Positions 1 to 6,863 of a stretch of 31,955 nt of DNA are shown here, in pieces. The position numbers and the translations under genes were made by a program. The DNA lies in UHGV virus genome UHGV-0175171. One strand, 5' to 3'. This DNA comes from a virus. Numbering within the stretch: position 1 is the stretch's first letter; every line of letters starts with the position of its first letter. Below the pieces are notes generated by a model, which did no database searches, had not been told where the DNA came from, and saw only the letters and a list, made by a program, of their open reading frames with translations.

Positions 1-1
1 G

Positions 2-1738
2 GCGGAAAACTTAAATCTGTATGTGAAAAGGATACGTTTACTTGAAACAATGGATGATCCAGAAGCTGTAATTCTGTGTGATCAGGGGGTATCAGCTTTT
101 AAGGGTCTGAATATATCTGAAGGTGAGCTTGGGCGATGGATGGAACAAGTACAGGCTGGTATGTGGGACGGTTCACATTTAGTACTGGAATCGATCGATA
201 GGTTCAGCCGCCAAAACCCCTTTACCCTTGTAGGTTATCTTTCACGTTTGGTTGAACATGATATCACGCTACATGATGTGTCCCTAAACCTGCTGATTAA
301 CCGTTCTAACAGTGCGATGTTACCAATCGTTACTATGTCAGCACAGCGTGCATATGAGGAATCGAAAATCAAAAGTGATCGTATACGCGATGGGTGGAGA
401 CGGAAGAGGGAACAGGCATTCAATAACGGTACAATCGTTACTAACAAGCGTCCACAGTGGATTGATATTCGTGATGATCAATATGTATTGAATGATAAAG
501 TGCATATAGTAAAAGAAGTATTTCGCCTCGCACAGTCCGGTATTGGTACACCTACTATTGCCAAGATACTAAATGCAAAGGGTGATGACTGGCTTTTCGA
601 AAGTGGGCGGCAGTGGCGGGGTGAATCAGTACATAAGCTTTTAAAGAATAAGCGTGTGACTGGTTCAATTTTTATTAGTGAAATTATTCGTGATTATAAT
701 AGTACTTCAAATCCAGTAGACCAGAAACGATATGAAATGGACGTGTACCCAATAGTCATATCAAAGGAAGAGTTTAATTTAGTACAGCAATTACTACGCT
801 CACGACGTGCCAACACTGGACGAATTAGTACGAATAAAGATACTGATGAATTGAAGAAGTCAAATATCTTTAATAGTATCTGTAGGTGTGGGAAATGTGG
901 TGAGGCAATGTATCATAATGTTGTTAAGTCTCACCGCAACTCAAAAAAGAATGGTAAGTTCACTGAAGAGTATAGATACATTCGGTGTCTTGGGGAACGT
1001 GATAATCTATGTGACAATAAAGCACTACGTTATGAGGTAGTAGAGCAGTTTGTTCTTGAATACCTAAAAGGTATGGATTTTTCCCGTATATTAAAACCCA
1101 ATAACCACAAAAGTGAGATTGATGTACTGAGACTCAATATCGATGAAGAGAAGAAGCATATCAGGGAATACCGTCAGGGGATTGAAAAATTAAAATCAAT
1201 GGGGAAGAAGGTTCCCTTTGATGTGCTGGTAGAGCTTGAGGAATCGCAGAAGCGACTAAGTGACCTTGAAGAAAAAGAAAGTAAGTATACAGATTTAACT
1301 GTTGATACTGAGTACTTAAAATCTGTTGATCCTTCTGTACTATTTGATCAGGGTAACATTGAAGTACGTTCCAGGATTGAAAAGGAATTATCAATGCTAC
1401 TGGAGAGTATCGTACTACATAGACTTGATAAGCACTATATAATCACCCTTGAATATACACAGGTCAACATACTTAAACATGTACTTTTTATTGAGGCTGG
1501 AAAGATTCCAGTACTAATGTCTACTCTTAGTATTGAGAAGTACAATGATGAACATATCTATACTATGCCTTCTTTTTCTATAAGGTGCGGAGAGGGAGTG
1601 CCAGAAATTCATGGTGAGGCTATAAGCCTGGTAGATTACTCCCTTCTATTAAACTACATAGATGGTGTTGATGGTTCAGAGTATGTTTCGGAGTGGATGC
1701 GAACAAATCAAAATTTTATCTTTAGTAAAGAAACTTGA
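2..1738 (+). CDS. large serine recombinase (phage integrase type), 5'-partial: reading frame is open to the window edge
   Basis: ORF 23..1738 has no stop upstream in frame (frame opens at nt 2). Resolvase-type motif ESIDRFSRQ, a recombinase domain, a Cys-rich zinc ribbon (CRCGKCGEAMYH...IRCLGERDNLCDN) and a C-terminal coiled-coil region, the layout of large serine recombinases. The catalytic-Ser N-terminus is expected upstream of the window. Confidence 0.85.
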   Translation, partial: AENLNLYVKRIRLLETMDDPEAVILCDQGVSAFKGLNISEGELGRWMEQVQAGMWDGSHLVLESIDRFSRQNPFTLVGYLSRLVEHDITLHDVSLNLLINRSNSAMLPIVTMSAQRAYEESKIKSDRIRDGWRRKREQAFNNGTIVTNKRPQWIDIRDDQYVLNDKVHIVKEVFRLAQSGIGTPTIAKILNAKGDDWLFESGRQWRGESVHKLLKNKRVTGSIFISEIIRDYNSTSNPVDQKRYEMDVYPIVISKEEFNLVQQLLRSRRANTGRISTNKDTDELKKSNIFNSICRCGKCGEAMYHNVVKSHRNSKKNGKFTEEYRYIRCLGERDNLCDNKALRYEVVEQFVLEYLKGMDFSRILKPNNHKSEIDVLRLNIDEEKKHIREYRQGIEKLKSMGKKVPFDVLVELEESQKRLSDLEEKESKYTDLTVDTEYLKSVDPSVLFDQGNIEVRSRIEKELSMLLESIVLHRLDKHYIITLEYTQVNILKHVLFIEAGKIPVLMSTLSIEKYNDEHIYTMPSFSIRCGEGVPEIHGEAISLVDYSLLLNYIDGVDGSEYVSEWMRTNQNFIFSKET

Positions 1739-1792
1739 TCGGTCGGGCATATTATTACTATAAGAAAGAAACAACTAGACCGATAAACAATC

Positions 1793-1819
1793 AGCCTCCA
1801 TTATCGGGGGGCTTTTTTA
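1793..1819 (+). terminator. putative intrinsic terminator after the recombinase gene
   Basis: Hairpin agccucc/ggggggcu (7 bp with one G-U pair) followed by TTTTTTA, 55 nt after the stop codon. Confidence 0.5.
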
Positions 1820-1874
1820 TGTCTTTTGCTAAATAAACCAAAGAGTAGGGGTTACATATTAATAAGGATATAAA

Positions 1875-2192
1875 ATGATACTAATAAAAACCGAAGACAG
1901 AAAATCATTCATGCAATACCACTATAGTAACGGGGCCGTCATAACGCACTTCTATACCAGTACTATCTACTTTCATGAACGCGTCCGCGTCATGTATGAG
2001 AAGGCACATAAGCGATTCACCTATACATCAGTACATTCCCGTGACTTTGCATACCTAAAGGAAGAGATGATGTCCCTACCAGATTTCACTCTATGCGGTG
2101 AGGATCAGCTATTTCAGTACTCGCTACTATATGATGTAGATGTGCTACTACCAATTCAGATGGAAATTAAAGAGATTAACAAGTCACGGTGA
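1875..2192 (+). CDS. hypothetical protein (105 aa)
   Basis: ORF with an AAGGA-type RBS 6-7 nt upstream of the ATG; preceded by a duplicated leader element (see findings). No recognisable domain. Confidence 0.45.
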   Translation: MILIKTEDRKSFMQYHYSNGAVITHFYTSTIYFHERVRVMYEKAHKRFTYTSVHSRDFAYLKEEMMSLPDFTLCGEDQLFQYSLLYDVDVLLPIQMEIKEINKSR

Positions 2193-2344
2193 GGGTTTGT
2201 ATCTGGTAAGTCGGGTAGTGTTAGTATGTCGTGTTTCTCAATTAGCTGGTAATCAAGACCAAGTACTTCTACAGTTCCTTTCTTGTAATCAATCTCATAG
2301 ATGTACTCTCCGAAGTTGTGATGCATGAAGTTAATTCCTTTCAT
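2156..2344 (-). CDS. hypothetical small protein (62 aa), convergent with and overlapping the 3' end of 1875..2192
   Basis: ORF with a strong RBS on the minus strand (AAGAGGA, 9-nt spacer, ATG). No recognisable domain; either this or the overlapping + ORF could be spurious. Confidence 0.35.
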   Translation of the reverse strand: MKGINFMHHNFGEYIYEIDYKKGTVEVLGLDYQLIEKHDILTLPDLPDTNPHRDLLISLISI

Positions 2345-2471
2345 TATATAAAGTCCTCTTTTGTATGGTTGGGTATGGGGTATTTATAACCGCTACCGCA
2401 AACCTAATTGCCTTCTATTTTTAACTCTTTTGACTAAATACCAAAGTACATTAATAAGAGGGAATCATATA

Positions 2472-2630
2472 ATGGAATGGCTAGTAACTATGTTTGTAAT
2501 GGTAGTTGGTATGTTATTAATGGTATCTGGGATAATTAAAGTAGTATTTCCGGTAGTAATACTTTTTATGTCGTTTTATGCGGTTGGATGCCTTTTTACC
2601 TGCTTTCTGATAAATAAACGTGATAAATAA
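2472..2630 (+). CDS. small hydrophobic membrane peptide (52 aa, two predicted TM helices)
   Basis: Internal ATG of ORF 2361..2630, preceded by a GAGGGA RBS. Sequence MEWLVTMFVMVVGMLLMVSGIIKVVFPVVILFMSFYAVGCLFTCFLINKRDK is almost entirely hydrophobic with a basic C-terminus. Confidence 0.5.
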   Translation: MEWLVTMFVMVVGMLLMVSGIIKVVFPVVILFMSFYAVGCLFTCFLINKRDK

Positions 2631-2697
2631 TAAGATTTTTGGGATGCCTCATTTTTAGGTGATATAATAAGGGTATCTCCATGAAAAAATAAACAAA

Positions 2698-2728
2698 CCC
2701 CCTTTGCAGTTTTAAGGGGGATGTTTTT
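2698..2728. terminator. intrinsic terminator, probably bidirectional
   Basis: Stem ccccctt/aaggggg with a 9-nt loop, flanked by an A-run upstream and TGTTTTT downstream. Confidence 0.6.
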
Positions 2729-2781
2729 GCTTTGAGAAAACCGCAAAACGAAATCATTCCATTAGAGGAGGTAATAAGCCT

Positions 2782-2940
2782 ATGGGTAAACCCATAAAAA
2801 GTAAAACTATTACAGTACGGATTACAGAGGAACAACAGCAGTACATTGACATGCTGATAGTACAAGGTAATGGAAAAACTAATGCCGCTGCTATTCAGTA
2901 TCTTATAAACAAACATATCGTACTACATCCAAAAGGATAA
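2782..2940 (+). CDS. ribbon-helix-helix (CopG/Arc-like) DNA-binding protein, 52 aa; not in the supplied ORF track
   Basis: ATG at 2782 preceded by AGAGGAGG. Translation MGKPIKSKTITVRITEEQQQYIDMLIVQGNGKTNAAAIQYLINKHIVLHPKG shows the beta-strand (TITVRI), helix A and helix B pattern of RHH repressors. The overlapping minus ORF 2596..2916 runs through a terminator and is low-complexity. Confidence 0.55.
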   Translation: MGKPIKSKTITVRITEEQQQYIDMLIVQGNGKTNAAAIQYLINKHIVLHPKG

Positions 2941-2952
2941 AAACAAAATCAT

Positions 2953-2975
2953 AGTACTTCAAGGATTGAAGTACT
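2953..2975. promoter_or_regulatory. perfect 23-bp palindrome AGTACTTCAA-GGA-TTGAAGTACT (putative operator)
   Basis: 10-bp perfect inverted arms around a 3-bp centre, located between the RHH gene stop (2940) and the AP2 gene start (2998). Confidence 0.55.
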
Positions 2976-2997
2976 TCACGTATAAGGATATACAATA

Positions 2998-3501
2998 ATG
3001 AAAAAGGTAAATGACCTAAAAGGAAAAAACAAAAATCTACCACTCGCAAAAAAAGCACTGAAACGTTGGAATACGATTCACAACCGCGTAGCGAGCAACA
3101 AAAACTATACTAACGTCACTATTTGTGATGAGTGGTACACATTCAGCGAATTCTACGAATGGTTCAAAGAGAACTATGTTGAAGATTGGGACATTGATAA
3201 AGATATTTGTGGTTCAAAAGAATATAGTCCTAAGACAAGTATTTTCGTACCACACTTCATCAATCTGATGTTCAGGGATGTGAATAATATTCACGGGAAA
3301 GGTGTTTCAATAACCAGAAATGGGAAATACCAAGCACAAGCAAAATGGAATGGTATTCCCCAAAAATTCGGGACGTTCAACAGTTGCCAGGAAGCTACAG
3401 CAGCATATGAGGCAGAGCGTAAACAGTATCTTTATCAACTATCCGTAGACTATGGTTCATATACAGAGCTAAGTAATCTACTCCGAAAACACTCAAAGTA
3501 A
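2998..3501 (+). CDS. AP2-domain DNA-binding protein (phage HNH-associated AP2 type)
   Basis: C-terminal GVSITRNGKYQAQAKWNGIPQKFGTFNSCQEATAAYEAERKQYL matches the AP2 pattern (GV..-.-G.W.A.I..NG....LG.F...EEAA.AY). N-terminal W-x-R-x-N-x-Y...C-DEW...F-x-W segment is typical of phage AP2 proteins. Confidence 0.6.
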   Translation: MKKVNDLKGKNKNLPLAKKALKRWNTIHNRVASNKNYTNVTICDEWYTFSEFYEWFKENYVEDWDIDKDICGSKEYSPKTSIFVPHFINLMFRDVNNIHGKGVSITRNGKYQAQAKWNGIPQKFGTFNSCQEATAAYEAERKQYLYQLSVDYGSYTELSNLLRKHSK

Positions 3502-3508
3502 TAAAAAA

Positions 3509-3533
3509 GGGCATACATTGTGAGTGTATGCCC
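3509..3533. other. 9-bp perfect hairpin (gggcataca / tgtatgccc) between the AP2 gene and the next gene
   Basis: Inverted repeat with a 7-nt loop. An A6 run lies upstream; there is no T-run downstream, so it would only terminate in the minus direction or act as a processing or regulatory stem. Confidence 0.35.
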
Positions 3534-3567
3534 AATTAACAAAATACATTTTACAAGGATATTTATC

Positions 3568-4044
3568 ATGGCAAGAACACCAACAAAAACAGACAATACA
3601 CCATTTATCAAAATCGCTGGAAACTTTAAAAAGTACAGTGATCTTACACAGGAAGGAAAAAACATAGTACTGGATATTATCAGTGAAAGTGCTGGTGAAA
3701 AGAAATATCCAGCAAAGAAAGCATACTATGTTCTATTCAATTGCACTGAAATTAGTAAGGAAACGGTTAAGTACTGGTTACAGCGTTACTATGCAGAAAA
3801 CTCCAATGAGTCAGCACCAACTGACAGTACTGTGCGTAAGTTTCTAACCATAACAAAAAAACTATCTGTTGCCTTAGTAGATGCCCACAGTAGAGGTGTG
3901 AAGCTTTTCAAGGTGGCTAAAGATGGCATGTGTTACTTATCACCAGTACAGAAGTATACAATCGATAAGATGTATAACAATGGTGCATCGGCAGAGGAAT
4001 TGATTATTGAACTACAGAAAATCATAGATAATAATGCGAACTAA
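3568..4044 (+). CDS. hypothetical protein (158 aa), possible DNA-binding protein
   Basis: Internal ATG of ORF 3520..4044 with an AAGGA RBS; the track start at 3520 is a GTG inside the hairpin. The 3' end overlaps the first copy of the TTCGCATAAT-type repeats. No confident domain call. Confidence 0.5.
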   Translation: MARTPTKTDNTPFIKIAGNFKKYSDLTQEGKNIVLDIISESAGEKKYPAKKAYYVLFNCTEISKETVKYWLQRYYAENSNESAPTDSTVRKFLTITKKLSVALVDAHSRGVKLFKVAKDGMCYLSPVQKYTIDKMYNNGASAEELIIELQKIIDNNAN

Positions 4045-4159
4045 ATGGTTCGCATAATACCCGTTTAGTTCGCATAATAGGGCATAATGCGACTTTTGCG
4101 ATCCTCTGTAACCCTTGGTATGACTGGGTTTGTCAATTATGCGAACCATTATGCGACCT
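4031..4159. repeat. cluster of at least five copies of a ~10-bp motif TTCGCATAAT / ATTATGCGAA in both orientations (iteron- or operator-like)
   Basis: Copies at ~4031-4041 (degenerate), 4048-4059, 4067-4078, 4136-4148 and 4148-4159, plus the related GCATAATGCGAC at 4082-4093; followed by a very AT-rich segment (4160-4225). Confidence 0.6.
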
Positions 4160-4695
4160 TATTATAATTATATTTTTCTATTTGATATTTTAAGTATATG
4201 TAATCGCCATATTATCATATGAAGTGATAATGCTCGTAAACTCGCATCATCACTTAAAATAAAAATAAGGGATAAACTTGCGTTTTTTGCAGTCCCTTAC
4301 GGAACTACAAAAGCACGCCCGGTTTCCTGACTCGCTGTAGCTCAGACAACAAAAGTGATTTGGGTAGTACAGTACTGACTTAAAGTGTTTGGGGTCGGAC
4401 TGACGTCCTAAAGTATTAGTGAGTTCTACGCGTCGCATAGCTCCTTGTCTGGGTCGTTCGCTGTTAAAGCTCACTAAGGTACTCAGGGACTTCAGTACTG
4501 ACATACTATCAATTAAGTACTCCCATGTACTCAAACCCAATGTAATTAATACAGTGTGACGCCGCGAAGACGGAGGAACACGCCACCCGCCGAAAGGCAT
4601 ACTATGAGGAAATGAAAGTGAGTAGGGGAACAGTGTAAACCAATCAGACAAGGAAATAAACTGACCTTTTGCACCTAGATATTACTAATAGAACT

Positions 4696-4731
4696 TTATT
4701 CAAAACACCAGATGCAATTAAAAATCTGGTG
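4696..4731 (-). terminator. intrinsic terminator of the minus-strand cassette
   Basis: Stem caccagat/atctggtg (8 bp, 10-nt loop) followed on the minus strand by TTTTG, immediately downstream of the stop of gene 4747..5343. Confidence 0.55.
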
Positions 4732-4746
4732 CTTGAGGTCTCATGC

Positions 4747-5343
4747 TTATTTGGGAAAGGTAAAAATTTCTTCAATATTCATCTTTAATGATTTTGAGTC
4801 GAGGATTATTTTATCTTTGAGGTCATTGAGACTGGAAATCATCAACTCAGGTCTATCATCAGAGACTACTGATCTAAAAACAATAATACCAAAGGCTTCA
4901 TTATAGTATTCCGTTAATCTGTAAAATGACTCTTTTAATTCTTTTGGATATGTTATTTTCCAACGTGCACATGATGATAGTTTTGATGATAATTCAAACG
5001 TTTCATATATCTGTTTAGATATTTGTGAGGACAAATTCTCAAATTTTGATTCTGACGAACGAACAGTAATGATATCAAAATGCAATTCTTGTATCTTTAA
5101 TACCTGTTGGTCATATTCAGCCATAACAGCGGTTACATGATTAAACCCTGCTTCATTGTTCTTTGTCTGTAGCCAATGAGGGGCTGCTTTGAATGCTTTA
5201 TAAGCAACCCAAGCAGTAAAGGCCGTACTGGATGCACTAATCCAATCCGTGAAACTCCCCCATTCAACATCATTGAAAATATATTTTATCAAAGAGGCAC
5301 CTAAAAGTAGAAAAAGTATTATTTTTAGGGTTGATTTATTCAT
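4747..5343 (-). CDS. membrane protein with two N-terminal TM helices and a helical cytoplasmic domain; paralog of 5355..6065
   Basis: ORF; N-terminus MNKSTLKIILFLLLGASLIKYIFNDVEWGSFTDWISASSTAFTAWVAYKAF shares the inter-helix motif (F/V)EWGSFTDWISASS with the adjacent gene. Confidence 0.6.
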   Translation of the reverse strand: MNKSTLKIILFLLLGASLIKYIFNDVEWGSFTDWISASSTAFTAWVAYKAFKAAPHWLQTKNNEAGFNHVTAVMAEYDQQVLKIQELHFDIITVRSSESKFENLSSQISKQIYETFELSSKLSSCARWKITYPKELKESFYRLTEYYNEAFGIIVFRSVVSDDRPELMISSLNDLKDKIILDSKSLKMNIEEIFTFPK

Positions 5344-5354
5344 TGTCTAATGCC

Positions 5355-6065
5355 TTAAAAATAAATGAAAAGTGTATTTAATGCACGATTATTTGAAAAA
5401 ATGTAGGTTTTGGCTTCTGATAGATGCGTTGATAATCTAATTGTATTAGGGATTAAGCTATCAAAAGTGTTATACATCTTGCGTCTTACGTGGTCAAACT
5501 CAGACATTTTTAAACCCCGCAATAAAGCTATTATATTACTAATGTGTCGAATTAATAATTCGACGGTATTTGTGACCGCAGTACATATTTTTTCAAATTC
5601 AGATGTAGGCTTGTAACGAAATAACTTCATTACATTAATGTCATTTTCTAACTGCTGAGATGTAACTTCCAACTCAGTAATGGCATCAAGTAAATATGCT
5701 TGCATTGACTCTAAAACAGAGTCTTTAAGATGGTGATCATATCCATTAACTCTATGCCTATAGTTTTTTAGTTTGAATTCAATTTTCTCAATAGTAATGA
5801 ATAGTTTTGGGTAATGCTGTGTAATAATTTGTTTTTGCAGCAAGTAAGCATCATCTCTATATTTGTCTTTTTGCCAACGAGAGTAGACATAGAATGCAAA
5901 AATCAAAGTGATAATACTGGAACTTGCACTGATCCAATCGGTGAAACTACCCCATTCAAATCCCTTACTACCAGAAAATAGAATCTTAACGAGAACTAAG
6001 ATAGCTACAAATAAAAGTAGCGAGACTAGGCCAATAAGGGTAGTGTTTGCAATTTTAATATTCAT
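5355..6065 (-). CDS. membrane protein with two N-terminal TM helices and a helical cytoplasmic domain; paralog of 4747..5343
   Basis: ORF; motif GFEWGSFTDWISASSSIITLIFAFYVY. Its start overlaps the stop of the upstream gene (ATGA at 6062-6065), suggesting translational coupling. Confidence 0.6.
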   Translation of the reverse strand: MNIKIANTTLIGLVSLLLFVAILVLVKILFSGSKGFEWGSFTDWISASSSIITLIFAFYVYSRWQKDKYRDDAYLLQKQIITQHYPKLFITIEKIEFKLKNYRHRVNGYDHHLKDSVLESMQAYLLDAITELEVTSQQLENDINVMKLFRYKPTSEFEKICTAVTNTVELLIRHISNIIALLRGLKMSEFDHVRRKMYNTFDSLIPNTIRLSTHLSEAKTYIFSNNRALNTLFIYF

Positions 6066-6613
6066 AATTTATCAGCTATGTTAATTTCACTATAGAGTAA
6101 GTCTTTCAATTTAATCAAAGCTTCCCAAATTTCAGTTGGCTTATTGCTGCAATTTCTTAGTAATATTTCATCATTTTCATATTTACTCAATGATGGATCA
6201 TAAAACCGTGTTCCTAATTCTTGAAAATCATTGATAGCATTAGTAACCGTCCAAATCGCATCATGCATTTGTGGTGTCATGTATAATGTATAATCAAGAA
6301 GGAAGTCACTTGCTTTACTTTTAATTAAATCCTGTTTATAAAGCATAATTTGATCTAAAAGATCACCATCATCATAAAAATTAAAATTTGCTGGAAGATT
6401 CAGGGAATTAATGAACTGAATGAAAGGTTTAATAATTTGCTTTTTTTCTTTCAATTCATCTTCGAGTACTTTGAATAATAGTTGCTTTTTAATCTTTTCG
6501 TTTTCAGATTTTTTAGTGATGAGTTGACTTGCCAATGTTACACCCGCAGCTATTAAAGCACCGCCTAAAGTACCGCCGACTGCAATGAGTTGTGTAATGG
6601 TTTCAGCTTCCAT
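6062..6613 (-). CDS. membrane-anchored protein (one N-terminal TM helix, helical soluble domain), unknown function
   Basis: ORF; N-terminal ITQLIAVGGTLGGALIAAGVTLASQLI hydrophobic segment followed by a KE-rich helical region. Confidence 0.55.
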   Translation of the reverse strand: MEAETITQLIAVGGTLGGALIAAGVTLASQLITKKSENEKIKKQLLFKVLEDELKEKKQIIKPFIQFINSLNLPANFNFYDDGDLLDQIMLYKQDLIKSKASDFLLDYTLYMTPQMHDAIWTVTNAINDFQELGTRFYDPSLSKYENDEILLRNCSNKPTEIWEALIKLKDLLYSEINIADKL

Positions 6614-6680
6614 GATTTTAGAAATCCAATATATAAACGTGAAAAAAGAATTTTACCATAATAACCAATTTGACGTAAAC

Positions 6681-6757
6681 TATCAGCGATATCCCCCTCC
6701 CATAAAGGGTAGGTGGTTTGTTTAGTTTGTTGGTGTGTGAGGGGGATATCGCTGATA
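6681..6757. repeat. perfect 19-bp inverted repeat (TATCAGCGATATCCCCCTC ... GAGGGGGATATCGCTGATA) with a 39-nt G/T-rich spacer
   Basis: Read directly: arms at 6681-6699 and 6739-6757. A second hairpin (gtgctgc/gcagcac, 6761-6780) follows immediately. Confidence 0.7.
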
Positions 6758-6820
6758 GAAGTGCTGCCAGTTAGCAGCACTGAGTAATGTATGGTGGGTC
6801 TGCGTTAGTACACTTAACGT

Positions 6821-6846
6821 TTGGTTATGGTTATGGTTATGGTTGA
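6821..6846. repeat. hexamer tandem repeat (GGTTAT)x3 + GGTTGA
   Basis: ttggttatggttatggttatggttga read directly, ~20 nt downstream (in coordinates below) of the stop of gene 6864..7778 on the minus strand. Confidence 0.7.
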
Positions 6847-6863
6847 GATTGACTCAATATATT

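Noticed and set aside
2596-2916. 106-aa minus-strand ORF overlapping the RHH gene
   Set aside because: Runs straight through the intrinsic terminator at 2698-2728 and is low-complexity; the + strand RHH ORF with an AGGAGG RBS explains the region better.
4048-4078. GGTTCGCATAAT resembling a tRNA T-arm (GGTTCG...)
   Set aside because: No acceptor or anticodon stem can be drawn around it, and the motif is repeated in both orientations, which fits iterons rather than a tRNA.
4250-4651. 133-aa minus-strand ORF in the ORF track
   Set aside because: No RBS, the translation is low-complexity and Ser/Leu/Arg/Cys-rich as expected from reading a GC-richer non-coding segment, and no motif; treated as non-coding (see finding on 4300-4660).
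6821-6846. Short tandem repeats considered as a possible CRISPR array
   Set aside because: Hexamer units with no spacers; far too short and regular for CRISPR repeats. No CRISPR array was seen anywhere in the window.
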